Positions 25,210-34,114 of a stretch of 34,249 nt of DNA are shown piece by piece. A model generated the notes under the pieces. That model made no database searches, was not told where the DNA came from, and worked only from the letters and a program-made list of their open reading frames with translations. The DNA lies in the IMG/VR virus record IMGVR_UViG_3300032305_001148, positions 1 to 34,249 of that record. The stretch is one strand, 5' to 3'. This stretch comes from a virus (taxonomy: Duplodnaviria > Caudoviricetes). Each line of letters begins with the position of its first letter. Positions within the stretch are counted from its first letter, which is position 1. The translations under genes and the position numbers were made by a program.

Positions 25210-27015
25210 TCAGTGGCAATCTGCCCATGAGTTGCCGTGCTTGGCTTCAGCAGCCAGAGGCACGTTGAGTTTGAAGGATTCGCCGACTTCGACGATGGAG
25301 TTGGTGAGGATCCGCTCTACCGTCTCGACCTGATCAGGCTTGACGGCGTACTGGATCTCGTCGTGGATGAAGCCGAGGGGATAGACCTGAGGCGCGTCGC
25401 CCAGCATACCAGCGGCATCTAGGTTGGCCCAAGAGGTGACCACCCAGTTCTTGCAGACGATGGCTCCGGCAGACTGGAGCAGGTAGTTGAGAGCAGCGTG
25501 TTGCTTGCCCTGTAGGTAGAGGATCCGACCATCGAGAGCCTTGAGGGTGTCGTCCTTGGAGCGAGCCTTAACCGATTCCAACAAAGGACCAAGACCAGGG
25601 ATGGCCTTCACAAAAGCAGACCGCACCTTTTTACCAAGAGCGGCAGCCTTGCGTCCCTTCAGGAGTGGATCAACTGTGCGGCCGAGCTTTTCATCTCCTG
25701 CCCCATAGAGGAAGGCGTAGGTGATCGTCTTCACCGCTTTGCGGGTGATTTCGACTCCCAGCTCCTGGGTTGTGGCGTCGGCATTGATCTGGTGGATGTC
25801 CCCGTTGACGACGATGTCGGCAAAACGGCCTGCATCAAAGAATGCCAGGTAGTGGCCAAGCATCCGCAGTTCAAGACCCGATGCGTCAGCACCAACCTCC
25901 ACAAACCCATCACCAGGACCAAATAAAGCACGACAGCGGGGGTCGGACGAGACTTGACCCAGGTTCGGATTGCGGTGGGCATTGCGACCTGTGTTGGTAG
26001 CGAGACTGCAGCTGTGGTGGATACGTCCTTCACGAGTGACCTGTTTGAGCCAGGCGTTCTTGCCCTCGCTCAGCTGGCCGAGACCCTTCTGAAGTTCGAG
26101 CATCCGTGCAAAGGTCTTGGCCTCAGGCGTGTCAATGCCTAACAGCACGGTCTCGTCAATCTTCGGTTTGTTGGTCTCAGTGAACTCCTCAGGTTGCCAG
26201 TCTCTCCAGGTTTGGAAGACCCATGCGATGTGGTCACGGGAGGTTGGATTGAAGTCGATCAGCTTGGTGAATGGTGCTCCCTCCACATAGCCGGTGGTGG
26301 CGTTGTTTCGTTTGGGAGTCATCTGCTTGCCCGCCACATAAGGGAAGGCATTGCGCAACTCAGCAGCCAGCTGTTCTGACTCGCTTCTGAGTACGCTTTC
26401 GAGCTGCTCACCGGCCTTTACATCGAAGGGCCAGCCGTACCGTTCCTGGATGGCCATGATGCGGGCACAATCGTGCTCCATCTTAACCGATCGCTGGAAG
26501 GGTTCAGCCCGCTTGGACAGGCGATCCCACAGAAGGCTTGTGACTTCTACGTCGCGGACGCAATAGTCCTGCATCTCGTGGGACCAAGCAGACCAATCAG
26601 CATGGTCCTTGTAGTTGCCTTTGTGGTAGTCGAGACGCCATCCCCATGCTTCAAGGCTGTGCCGGCCGTAGAGTTTAGGCGGCATGTCCTTCTTGCGGAC
26701 CTTGTAGTCCAATCCCAATATGTGAGGGAAGAACTGCCGACTGAGGATCAGGGTGTCACTGAGCTCAATACCCTCAGTATTAAACCAAGGATACAACTCA
26801 TGAATGGCTTCGATGTCGTAGCTGATGATGTTGTGGCCAACCAGGAGGGAAGCCTCCGCCAGGACATTGATGCCCGTGACGAGGGACTCTCGGTCCCCTT
26901 GGTCATTGTATTGGGTGACCAATCCGGTGTCGAGGTCGCGGATCACGAGACAGTGGATTCGATCGAACCCCTGCCGCATGAATCCGTTGGTCTCGAGGTC
27001 GAAGGCGAGCCTCAA
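25210..27015 (-). CDS. DNA polymerase family A (T7 gp5-like)
   Basis: FDLET, GHNIISYD and YCVRDV exonuclease motifs; DASGLELR, KTITYAFLYG and FIHDE polymerase motifs. Confidence 0.96.
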   Translation of the reverse strand: MRLAFDLETNGFMRQGFDRIHCLVIRDLDTGLVTQYNDQGDRESLVTGINVLAEASLLVGHNIISYDIEAIHELYPWFNTEGIELSDTLILSRQFFPHILGLDYKVRKKDMPPKLYGRHSLEAWGWRLDYHKGNYKDHADWSAWSHEMQDYCVRDVEVTSLLWDRLSKRAEPFQRSVKMEHDCARIMAIQERYGWPFDVKAGEQLESVLRSESEQLAAELRNAFPYVAGKQMTPKRNNATTGYVEGAPFTKLIDFNPTSRDHIAWVFQTWRDWQPEEFTETNKPKIDETVLLGIDTPEAKTFARMLELQKGLGQLSEGKNAWLKQVTREGRIHHSCSLATNTGRNAHRNPNLGQVSSDPRCRALFGPGDGFVEVGADASGLELRMLGHYLAFFDAGRFADIVVNGDIHQINADATTQELGVEITRKAVKTITYAFLYGAGDEKLGRTVDPLLKGRKAAALGKKVRSAFVKAIPGLGPLLESVKARSKDDTLKALDGRILYLQGKQHAALNYLLQSAGAIVCKNWVVTSWANLDAAGMLGDAPQVYPLGFIHDEIQYAVKPDQVETVERILTNSIVEVGESFKLNVPLAAEAKHGNSWADCH

Positions 27016-28619
27016 AATGGAGATTCCTCAGTTGTAGATTCAGGGAAGAAGCTCGAGACATCCTCGACCATCCGCCCTGTTGATGAATTGTAGCACACCT
27101 TTCCGGCTGGACCGGTGCGCCCGTTGTGACGGTTCTTTAGGACACGCACGAGGGTGCCGTTCTCTCCCTCTTCCAGGTCCCTCTCAAGGGCGACGACGAT
27201 GTCGGATAGCTGGCCGATGGATCGGCTGCCACGGAGCTGGTTTAGGTGGGCACGGCCGCCACTCTCGTGGGACTTACCACCACCCTGCACGCCCGTAAGG
27301 TGGCTGATCAGAATCATGCCGCAGTTGGTCTCCTCCACGAAGTTGCGGAGGCGGGTCATGGTAAGGTCGATGAGTTTGCGCTCGTCTCCATCATCGTTGC
27401 CAGAGATCAGAATCGAAAGGTGATCGACGAAGAGCCAATGACACTCTTCAGCCATGACCATGAAGCGCAGCTCGTTCAAGAGCTCCACCGGATCCACAGT
27501 CCTGAAGTCAGCATTGAAGACCACTCGTCCAGATCCGACCGACTCGTTGAAAGCCTGTCGAAGGTCTTCGGAAGAGATGCCAGTGTTGTCGATGTGCAGA
27601 GGCCTATTGGCAGCAATCGATGTGAGCCTCAGGGCTGCCCGTTGAAGGGACTCCTCGAGGGCCACATAGCCAATCTTCTCACCCTGCTGGACTAGGGATT
27701 GAGCCGTCTCACCACAGAAGGTGGACTTACCAACGCCTGTGCCGGCCGTAAGAGTAACGAGCTCGCCCCTTCGGAGACCGCCGGTAAGCTCATTGAGCTG
27801 ACTGTAAGGCCAAAGAGCATCCCGCCCACGAAGTGGGGCAGAAATGAGTGCAAAGAGTGATTCTCCGGAAACCACAGCTGCAGGCCGCCACGGTTTCTTG
27901 TTCCAGATTGCTTGACGGACATTTTCGGGAGCAGTAAGTAGGGCTTCGTTGGCGTCCTTGAGTGGCGCAGCGGTAGCAATAAACGTACGAGCACCGGGCA
28001 GCAGGGGGGCGCATTCTTGCGCTGCTGCTTGTCCTGCGTCGTCATTATCGAAGAAGAGGATGATCTCCTCAAAGTTGAGGAGGTACTTCAGGTTGGCCTG
28101 GATAGCCTTCTTGGCAGCCTTTACCCCCAGAGGGACTGACACCACTGGCCAGTTGGGCCGACACTGCCATACAGCCAGGGCATCCAGCTCGCCTTCGGTG
28201 ATCACGATCGACTTGCCCCCTCCGAAGAGGTGCTGGCCGAACAGGGTCCCGGGAAGATCACCTGTGACTGGGTGAGTCTTGTCCTGATACTTAGACTTGT
28301 AGGCTACAAGTCGTCCGGTGTCGTCGTGGTACGGAAGAATGATACGTTTCTTGGTGGCATCGAGACGGACGCCAAACTTGCGGCAAGTCTCTGCAGTAAG
28401 GCCTCTTGACTTGAGGGCCGTAATCTCTCCAGGAAGATCGACTGCAGGAGCCTGTGCCGTTTTCCCGACTTCCCCGTTGGGTCCGGTGTGTCGGTTGCAG
28501 GTAAAGCAGTGCTCATGTCCGTCGGTGTAAAGGGAGTTGGCATCGGAGCTCCCACACCCAGGACATGGAATATGCTTGACAAACTCAGAGTCTTGTTCGG
28601 AGTGGTTCAAAGGAGCCAT
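27012..28619 (-). CDS. DNA primase/helicase (T7 gp4-like)
   Basis: CPGC...HCFTC zinc finger, TEGELDA and FDND TOPRIM motifs, AGTGVGKS Walker A, VDHL, LRGS..I.QLSD and KNR..G.TG. Confidence 0.96.
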   Translation of the reverse strand: MAPLNHSEQDSEFVKHIPCPGCGSSDANSLYTDGHEHCFTCNRHTGPNGEVGKTAQAPAVDLPGEITALKSRGLTAETCRKFGVRLDATKKRIILPYHDDTGRLVAYKSKYQDKTHPVTGDLPGTLFGQHLFGGGKSIVITEGELDALAVWQCRPNWPVVSVPLGVKAAKKAIQANLKYLLNFEEIILFFDNDDAGQAAAQECAPLLPGARTFIATAAPLKDANEALLTAPENVRQAIWNKKPWRPAAVVSGESLFALISAPLRGRDALWPYSQLNELTGGLRRGELVTLTAGTGVGKSTFCGETAQSLVQQGEKIGYVALEESLQRAALRLTSIAANRPLHIDNTGISSEDLRQAFNESVGSGRVVFNADFRTVDPVELLNELRFMVMAEECHWLFVDHLSILISGNDDGDERKLIDLTMTRLRNFVEETNCGMILISHLTGVQGGGKSHESGGRAHLNQLRGSRSIGQLSDIVVALERDLEEGENGTLVRVLKNRHNGRTGPAGKVCYNSSTGRMVEDVSSFFPESTTEESPF

Positions 28620-28972
28620 TCAGGAGGGATGGTCTTGTAGTGGCACCAGGGAAAGCCGTGCTTGTCGCACCACTCGGCGTGGGTCATTTTTGCCCGAGGG
28701 GCAGCGGGTGCCCCAGGGGTCTGCAGAATGAACCTGATGTCGAGGTCTGGGAAGGCCCGCTTGACGGCGAGCATCTTTGGTCGACAGTCATGCCCTTTTT
28801 GGATGAACTTCCCCTTGACCTCCAGAATCACCCCGCTGGGCAGGATGATGTCTGGAGTGTAGGTGTGTGTAAGGGTATAGGGCAACTTGAGGCTTTCGAA
28901 CTGGGCGTCCGGTTGGACCTCCTCGATCGTAGCCCAGACTGCAGCCTCGAGCTTCGATCGGAAGGTCGGCAT
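28607..28972 (-). CDS. endonuclease I / Holliday junction resolvase (T7 gp3-like)
   Basis: Likely start MPTFRSKLE at 28972. YTPD, EVKG, DLDIRF and WCDKHGF motifs. Confidence 0.92.
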   Translation of the reverse strand: MPTFRSKLEAAVWATIEEVQPDAQFESLKLPYTLTHTYTPDIILPSGVILEVKGKFIQKGHDCRPKMLAVKRAFPDLDIRFILQTPGAPAAPRAKMTHAEWCDKHGFPWCHYKTIPPEWLL

Positions 28973-28976
28973 TGAA

Positions 28977-29519
28977 TCAGAAGGGGATGTCGTCGTCGTC
29001 TTCAGGCGCGGCCACCGGACCGGAACCAAACAAGGAGGCGGCCTCCTCTTTGGATACCGGCTCGGGGGCTTCACCCTGGCTCACGAGCTTCACGATCTTG
29101 CCAGCTACGACACGCAGGCTGAGGCCACACTTAGAGCCAAAGACATAGGGCTTGAGCCGGATTGCCAGCTGCACCGTGGTGCCTTCGCGGACAGGGGTGC
29201 TGAGATCAAATGGCAGGTTGTCTGGACCTTCGACCCACAGGAAGTCAGGCTTCTTGGAGTCGTCCGGACCCGGATCAGGGTTGCCGTAACTGTACTTGAT
29301 GCAGCCGTCCTCACCCCATGGTTGAGGTTCATGACCCACCCGTCCGGTGATCTTGCTGGCTCCCCACTTGAGGGCGCTGGCGTACTCAGCCTCGAAGGCT
29401 TCGAACTCCGCGTCGGAGAGGGTAAAGCCGATGCGGCAGTTGTTGAACTTACCAGAGGGCTTGAGGGAGATGAAGCCCTCGAGCTTGGTGGTGATGATGT
29501 GGAGGTCCTTGTTGCTCAT
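28977..29519 (-). CDS. single-stranded DNA-binding protein (gp2.5-like)
   Basis: LEGF...KPSGKF, PW, KYSY and GTTV motifs, acidic tail ending DDDDIPF. Directly upstream of gp3. Confidence 0.85.
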   Translation of the reverse strand: MSNKDLHIITTKLEGFISLKPSGKFNNCRIGFTLSDAEFEAFEAEYASALKWGASKITGRVGHEPQPWGEDGCIKYSYGNPDPGPDDSKKPDFLWVEGPDNLPFDLSTPVREGTTVQLAIRLKPYVFGSKCGLSLRVVAGKIVKLVSQGEAPEPVSKEEAASLFGSGPVAAPEDDDDIPF

Positions 29520-29725
29520 GCTTCGGATTGCTGGAGGCGGATGGTGTTGAAGAAGGGTTCGAAGAACTCGGCCAGATCATCGATGGAATTAGGATCCCCG
29601 TCGATGGTCTCGTCGAAGTGCTTGGTGAAAATTGTGTCCAGGTACTCGGCCGTAGGAGTAACTCCAAAGGCCGCCTGTGCCACCGCATTGAGCGGGGTGA
29701 AAAATGTGGCAGAGAAGACGCTCAC
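29516..29725 (-). CDS. small acidic Phe-rich hypothetical protein
   Basis: 69 aa with 11 D/E versus 2 K/R. GTGA and ATGA overlaps with neighbours. Confidence 0.65.
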   Translation of the reverse strand: MSVFSATFFTPLNAVAQAAFGVTPTAEYLDTIFTKHFDETIDGDPNSIDDLAEFFEPFFNTIRLQQSEA

Positions 29726-29997
29726 AGTTCAATCCCCAAGGCTTCAGCGGTGGCAGCCTGTTCGGCCTCAATGACCTCGATGGATTCTCCATCTTGGGCG
29801 CAGAGGAAGGCATCAGACAGAAGCAGAAGGCCGAGGAACGTCTCGGTGATCTCCTCGATGGAAACCTCGGACAGGTCCACTTCGTCGTCCACGATGTAGG
29901 TCTCGATCAGATATGCCAGGGAGTCTGGATCGATCGAGGTGTTGATTTTGCTGTTGATGTCGGAGGCCAGAGTGGCGATCTCCTCGTAGGTTGCCAT
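29722..29997 (-). CDS. highly acidic hypothetical protein
   Basis: 91 aa with 22 D/E, 1 K and 0 R by manual count. ATG follows a pyrimidine-rich leader. Confidence 0.7.
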   Translation of the reverse strand: MATYEEIATLASDINSKINTSIDPDSLAYLIETYIVDDEVDLSEVSIEEITETFLGLLLLSDAFLCAQDGESIEVIEAEQAATAEALGIEL

Positions 29998-30078
29998 GAG
30001 GCTTGTGACAGGAAGGGGTAGGGTCGAATGATCCAGTGGCCAAGGGCCTTGGGTGGGGCGGCTGGTCAGCCCCGGATG

Positions 30079-30318
30079 TCAGTTGTGAGGCAGTAGGTCG
30101 ATGGCGGCTTGAGCCCTGGAATAGGCCTCGAGACTCATCAGCCTCCGCTCAAGATCATCATTAGCTTGCTCGAGTTCGATGACACGCTGCTCAAGAGCAT
30201 TGATGGCCTCATTGTAGCGGGTAAGGAGCTCAGCAGCCAAGTTGAGATTGTTGGCCTGGGATTCCAGCTGAGTTGCCAGCTCAGCCAGCTTAGCAGAATC
30301 TTGGGATCTGGAGGACAT
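30079..30318 (-). CDS. coiled-coil hypothetical protein
   Basis: Heptad Leu pattern throughout; starts 1 nt after the RNAP stop. Confidence 0.65.
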   Translation of the reverse strand: MSSRSQDSAKLAELATQLESQANNLNLAAELLTRYNEAINALEQRVIELEQANDDLERRLMSLEAYSRAQAAIDLLPHN

Positions 30319-30319
30319 C

Positions 30320-32794
30320 TTAGCAGAACAAGTAGGGGGAGTGTCGAATCTCAGCAGGGTCGAGGGTGTTGATCATGACATCAGGGTCCACAGGGACTCC
30401 GAGCTGATCGGCCCATCGGCCCAGCTGGTCTTCCTCGTACATCGTAGCAAAGACTTCCCGGATGTGCTCCATGGTCCAGCCAACATCGCAGCTCAGGGTG
30501 GAGATGCAGTCGTGGACAAGGGCAAGGGGGCGCTCCCACGCCTCGAAGGCTAGGTGAAACAGGGCGGCATCGAAGCTGTGAATGAGGTTCGGCACAGAGC
30601 CAATGGTGATCTTGCGGTTGTTAAGGGGGGCTGTGGTGGAGTCGAAGTCTGCCACAGTCACCCTGATGCGCCGGCCCAGCAGCTTGGTGTCGACCAGCTC
30701 GGTGGGGTAGACCCGTTTGTCTAGGATCACCGGAAAGCCGGATGGACTCGTAAAGGCCACAGGAAGGCCGGTGTCCTGTGAGACCTGGTTCACCATCGTC
30801 TGGATCCATTCCCGGGCCCTCATGGGGCCAGGGAGGACCTCTGGGATGGCCTTGCGGTAGACAGCATCGACCAGATCAGGGAGGGGGATCCCATGACCCT
30901 TGGGTAGGGCCTGCCGAAGGTAGTCCCGTGCGCTGGATTGGGTTAGCCCATAAGGCAAGCACATCACGACCCGCTTGGTGAGCTTGCGGGTAATTAGTGG
31001 GTGGAACTCCTCTAGCAGGTACTTCTTCGATGCTTCGGCCACGGTCTTGTAGGCGTCGGCTGGCTTGGGCGTTGGGGCCACGTTGACCAGCTCAGCAGCC
31101 CCGCGATCCCTGGTGAGGGCAGACAGGTGTTGGAGGCCGGAACAGGTGGCATCGAAGCCCACGAAGAGGTTGGACCATGTGCGGGTCTGATCGATGAAGC
31201 AGGCATTGAACTCGATGCAGGCAGCTAAGAACTGCCAAGGCTCGTCGGCCCCCTGCCATGTGGAGATGGTCTCCATCGGATGGTGGGCAATGCCTTGGAT
31301 CAGGCCAAGGTTGGCGTCGACCCACTCCTGTCGGGCCTGCAGGGTGTCCTTGCCAAGTCCGAAGGTGGTTGCTACCTGGAACCCCAGCCACTCTCGATCG
31401 GCAGGGCCAGAATAGGCCGACACCAACAGGGAACGGGCAAAGTCGGTGCCTTGGGGATTGAGGTGATTGGCAAGAGGATAGACCCGACCACGGAAGTCAA
31501 AAGACCACGGGAAGAAGAATGACTCCTCGTCCCTGTACATCTTGGCAATGTGGACGGTTTCAGCAGTCTGGTAGTTGCGCTGAAGCAGGAGGCTGTTCTC
31601 CTCCTCGACCAAGACTCGACCCCTCTTGTAGGCCGTCTGTTCCTCTTCTGTGGCTTCTTCCCATGGATCTGGCTTGTGAGGGAGAGGAAGAGGGTCTGAC
31701 TGCCGGAAGGATCCAATCGACACCCGAGCCTCCTGACACCTAAGGGCAACATCAAGGATTGACTGGTTGATTTGATATGACACCTTCTGGATGGTGTTCA
31801 GGAACCTGACTGGGATCTCAAGGGATGGAGACCCAGGATTGGTGACAAGTATAGCTGGATTAACTGGGATTGAAATGGGATTCTCCGTCTCATCCCATGC
31901 CTCCAGGGGGTCGCGGTTTCGCGTCATTCCTCTGGTAACTGGAAAGCTCCGAGAAACCTTGGCATGACTGACTCCTCGAATGAGCCACGAACGGGTCCCA
32001 GATCGCAGCTCGGAGGTCAGGTAGCCCCCGGGCGAAGCGGTCATATCGGGATCCCAGTCGTTGGGCTCACACAACATGGGCCAGCAGCAAGCTGAGACGG
32101 CTTCCGCGGCGTGCAGCATGGCCTCGATGGTCTTGGTGACCATGGGGTCAGGACGCAGCACAGTGAGCTTCTTGCGATTGTTGAGCTGGGTCTGATCGGA
32201 ATGGAACCAGTTGGTGGCGGAACAGAGGCGATCGAGGAGCCATGCCCCGATCTTCACCTTGTGCCCTGCAGGCCACTTGAGGGCCTCGTGGGAGATGCGC
32301 CGCATGGTGGCACGGTACTTGGCCACCCGGTAACCGTAGCCCTTGGATTTGTGGATCTTGGTGCTGTTGTATGCGTCGGGCTGGGCTTGTGAGAATTGGC
32401 TCAGGAGGCACTCGTCGAAGACCCTGCTGCCGATGGTCGACACCACGCTGGCGAAGGGGACTCCATTGGAGCGCCCCTCACGCTTCTCGAAGACCAGGTC
32501 GATGGTGGTCTTGAGTGTGATCAAGGCGAGGGTCGATGAGCGGACGCCCTCAATCAGGGCCACATGGGCCGCAAACTCACCGGTCGATCCGGCCGCAATC
32601 TTGGAACGTTTCGACTCGATGGCCTGGATGGTGGCCCCCAATCCCTGATCGACAAGTTTCTGCCCGTAGATGGAACTGGAGGCGTACTGACGTGCTTCGG
32701 CCTTGGATGTGGCCAGGTAAAGGCGTTGGACGCCCTCCTGGTGGGCCTGAAGCTCTCGTTGGAATTGCCGTTGGATCTGGGCGGGAGTTGCCAT
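30320..32794 (-). CDS. single-subunit DNA-directed RNA polymerase (T7 gp1-like)
   Basis: PMLCEP..W, DFRGRVYP, FDATCSGLQH (motif A), RKLTKRVVMCLPYG (motif B), PNLIHSFDA and VHDC (motif C). Confidence 0.97.
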   Translation of the reverse strand: MATPAQIQRQFQRELQAHQEGVQRLYLATSKAEARQYASSSIYGQKLVDQGLGATIQAIESKRSKIAAGSTGEFAAHVALIEGVRSSTLALITLKTTIDLVFEKREGRSNGVPFASVVSTIGSRVFDECLLSQFSQAQPDAYNSTKIHKSKGYGYRVAKYRATMRRISHEALKWPAGHKVKIGAWLLDRLCSATNWFHSDQTQLNNRKKLTVLRPDPMVTKTIEAMLHAAEAVSACCWPMLCEPNDWDPDMTASPGGYLTSELRSGTRSWLIRGVSHAKVSRSFPVTRGMTRNRDPLEAWDETENPISIPVNPAILVTNPGSPSLEIPVRFLNTIQKVSYQINQSILDVALRCQEARVSIGSFRQSDPLPLPHKPDPWEEATEEEQTAYKRGRVLVEEENSLLLQRNYQTAETVHIAKMYRDEESFFFPWSFDFRGRVYPLANHLNPQGTDFARSLLVSAYSGPADREWLGFQVATTFGLGKDTLQARQEWVDANLGLIQGIAHHPMETISTWQGADEPWQFLAACIEFNACFIDQTRTWSNLFVGFDATCSGLQHLSALTRDRGAAELVNVAPTPKPADAYKTVAEASKKYLLEEFHPLITRKLTKRVVMCLPYGLTQSSARDYLRQALPKGHGIPLPDLVDAVYRKAIPEVLPGPMRAREWIQTMVNQVSQDTGLPVAFTSPSGFPVILDKRVYPTELVDTKLLGRRIRVTVADFDSTTAPLNNRKITIGSVPNLIHSFDAALFHLAFEAWERPLALVHDCISTLSCDVGWTMEHIREVFATMYEEDQLGRWADQLGVPVDPDVMINTLDPAEIRHSPYLFC

Positions 32795-33079
32795 TTAGGG
32801 CTTCAAAAGAAATGGACAGGCTTTTGGGTCTTGGATAACTTGTGCAGCCAATTTCCAGATTGGCATGATTTGGTGAGGAGGAACGGGTCGTAGGCCTACT
32901 GCGGCAAGGCCACGATCAAGACCGGCCTGAAGTTGGGATGTGGGCAGCTGACCATCCAAGGCAAAGCATAAGACTTTGGCTGCAATGTAGACCGCAATCT
33001 CTCCAGCTTGATCAGGGGGAATAGTTTGGGGCGGGATGTAATCGATCATTGCGCTTACACGAAAGGGAATGGCTGCCAA
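32795..33079 (-). CDS. hypothetical early protein (start uncertain: TTG 33079 or ATG 33049)
   Basis: The ORF abuts the RNAP start codon. No recognisable motif. Confidence 0.5.
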   Translation of the reverse strand: MAAIPFRVSAMIDYIPPQTIPPDQAGEIAVYIAAKVLCFALDGQLPTSQLQAGLDRGLAAVGLRPVPPHQIMPIWKLAAQVIQDPKACPFLLKP

Positions 33080-33088
33080 TGTCGTTGC

Positions 33089-33601
33089 TCATAGTTGCAC
33101 CTCCTTCGATATATCTAGCTCTAAATAGATGCGCTCTGACTCCTTTCCTGTGATCTTAAATAATTTCTTGTACAGGGCATGAGCGTTTGCTTCGGATGGA
33201 TGCGTAGACGTATAGAGGCGAAGATATTTTTTCCCGGCCTGACGGGCTAGTTGAATTGCAAGCTGAAGCAGTTTTTTTCCAATGCCATTCCCACGAAAGC
33301 CTGAATCGACGCAGAACCAGGAAAGCCAACAGGCTTCGCTGCTATCATTGCGGTATGTATAAACTCCAACAGTACCGATAACCCGATTATTAGCATCCAA
33401 TGCTACCCAGTCACTCAAAGAAGTGATTTGCCAACCGACTGAGAGTGCCCAGCGATAAAGAAATTGTGGATCAGAAACAGAGAAGAAAAGCCTTCGGCTC
33501 ATCCATGGGTAGTGGGGAAAAGTTGCGTCAACCAACCGTTGCGCTGCGCAGAGGTTTTCTTGATTCAGGGGTCGAATCACGATGTCCAGGGGAACGCTCA
33601 T
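33089..33601 (-). CDS. GNAT family acetyltransferase
   Basis: Likely start MSVPL at 33601 (ATGA overlap). LSWFCVDSGFRGNGIGKKLL (acetyl-CoA binding motif A) and N..AHALYKK (motif B). Confidence 0.85.
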   Translation of the reverse strand: MSVPLDIVIRPLNQENLCAAQRLVDATFPHYPWMSRRLFFSVSDPQFLYRWALSVGWQITSLSDWVALDANNRVIGTVGVYTYRNDSSEACWLSWFCVDSGFRGNGIGKKLLQLAIQLARQAGKKYLRLYTSTHPSEANAHALYKKLFKITGKESERIYLELDISKEVQL

Positions 33602-33789
33602 GGCTGCACCCCCCCGGCCCGGCATGGCCTACAGGTGAGCAGCATCGTTCCTTCCGGAAACTCTGGCCCGGCTGGGCCGAGTGTGCAGCGGGGCGGATCG
33701 TACTGAGGCTCAGGAACAACGGGTTGAGCTAGCGCAGGCAGCGGAATAAGTGCCAGGGCAAGCAGCGCGGCGCGAAAGTCTTTGCTCAC
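33598..33789 (-). CDS. small protein with signal-peptide-like N-terminus
   Basis: MSKDFRAALLALALIPLPALA|QP with an AxA cleavage motif; three Cys in the mature part. 4-nt overlaps at both ends. Confidence 0.55.
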   Translation of the reverse strand: MSKDFRAALLALALIPLPALAQPVVPEPQYDPPRCTLGPAGPEFPEGTMLLTCRPCRAGGVQP

Positions 33790-34091
33790 GACGCCATCTC
33801 CGCAACGGTGCGCTCAGCCAACCAATCCTCAACGACCGCCAGCGCCGCCGGTGGCACCAGGCGCGCACCGACGGGGTGCCAGCGCGTGTCATCCCAGCGG
33901 CCAGCCGGGAGCCAGGCGGCGCATTGGTCGAGCTGCTTGGTCATGCGCTTGCGGCGCACGAAGTTAACGACCCAGTAGCCGGGGCCCGGGTGGGCGGTGA
34001 CGGTCAGGCCGATCGTGGGATCGGTGTAGAAGGTGTGGGGTTGGTCAGGCATGGGAGTTTGAGGGGGTGGTGGTGGGGTGAGTGGGATCAA
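33786..34091 (-). CDS. hypothetical early protein
   Basis: TTG start with AGGAG 7 nt upstream, or alternative ATG at 34052. Trp-rich; coupled to the next gene. Confidence 0.55.
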   Translation of the reverse strand: MIPLTPPPPPQTPMPDQPHTFYTDPTIGLTVTAHPGPGYWVVNFVRRKRMTKQLDQCAAWLPAGRWDDTRWHPVGARLVPPAALAVVEDWLAERTVAEMAS

Positions 34092-34114
34092 AAGACTTCT
34101 CCTGGTGTTAGGGG

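Noticed and set aside
25700-25745. Tyr at the PolA 762-equivalent position (KTITYAFLYG)
   Set aside because: Real but ordinary for T7-like polymerases (T7 Tyr526).
31805-31975. Intein or intron in RNAP
   Set aside because: The frame is open, the segment is too short, and it lacks Cys/Ser...His-Asn splice motifs.
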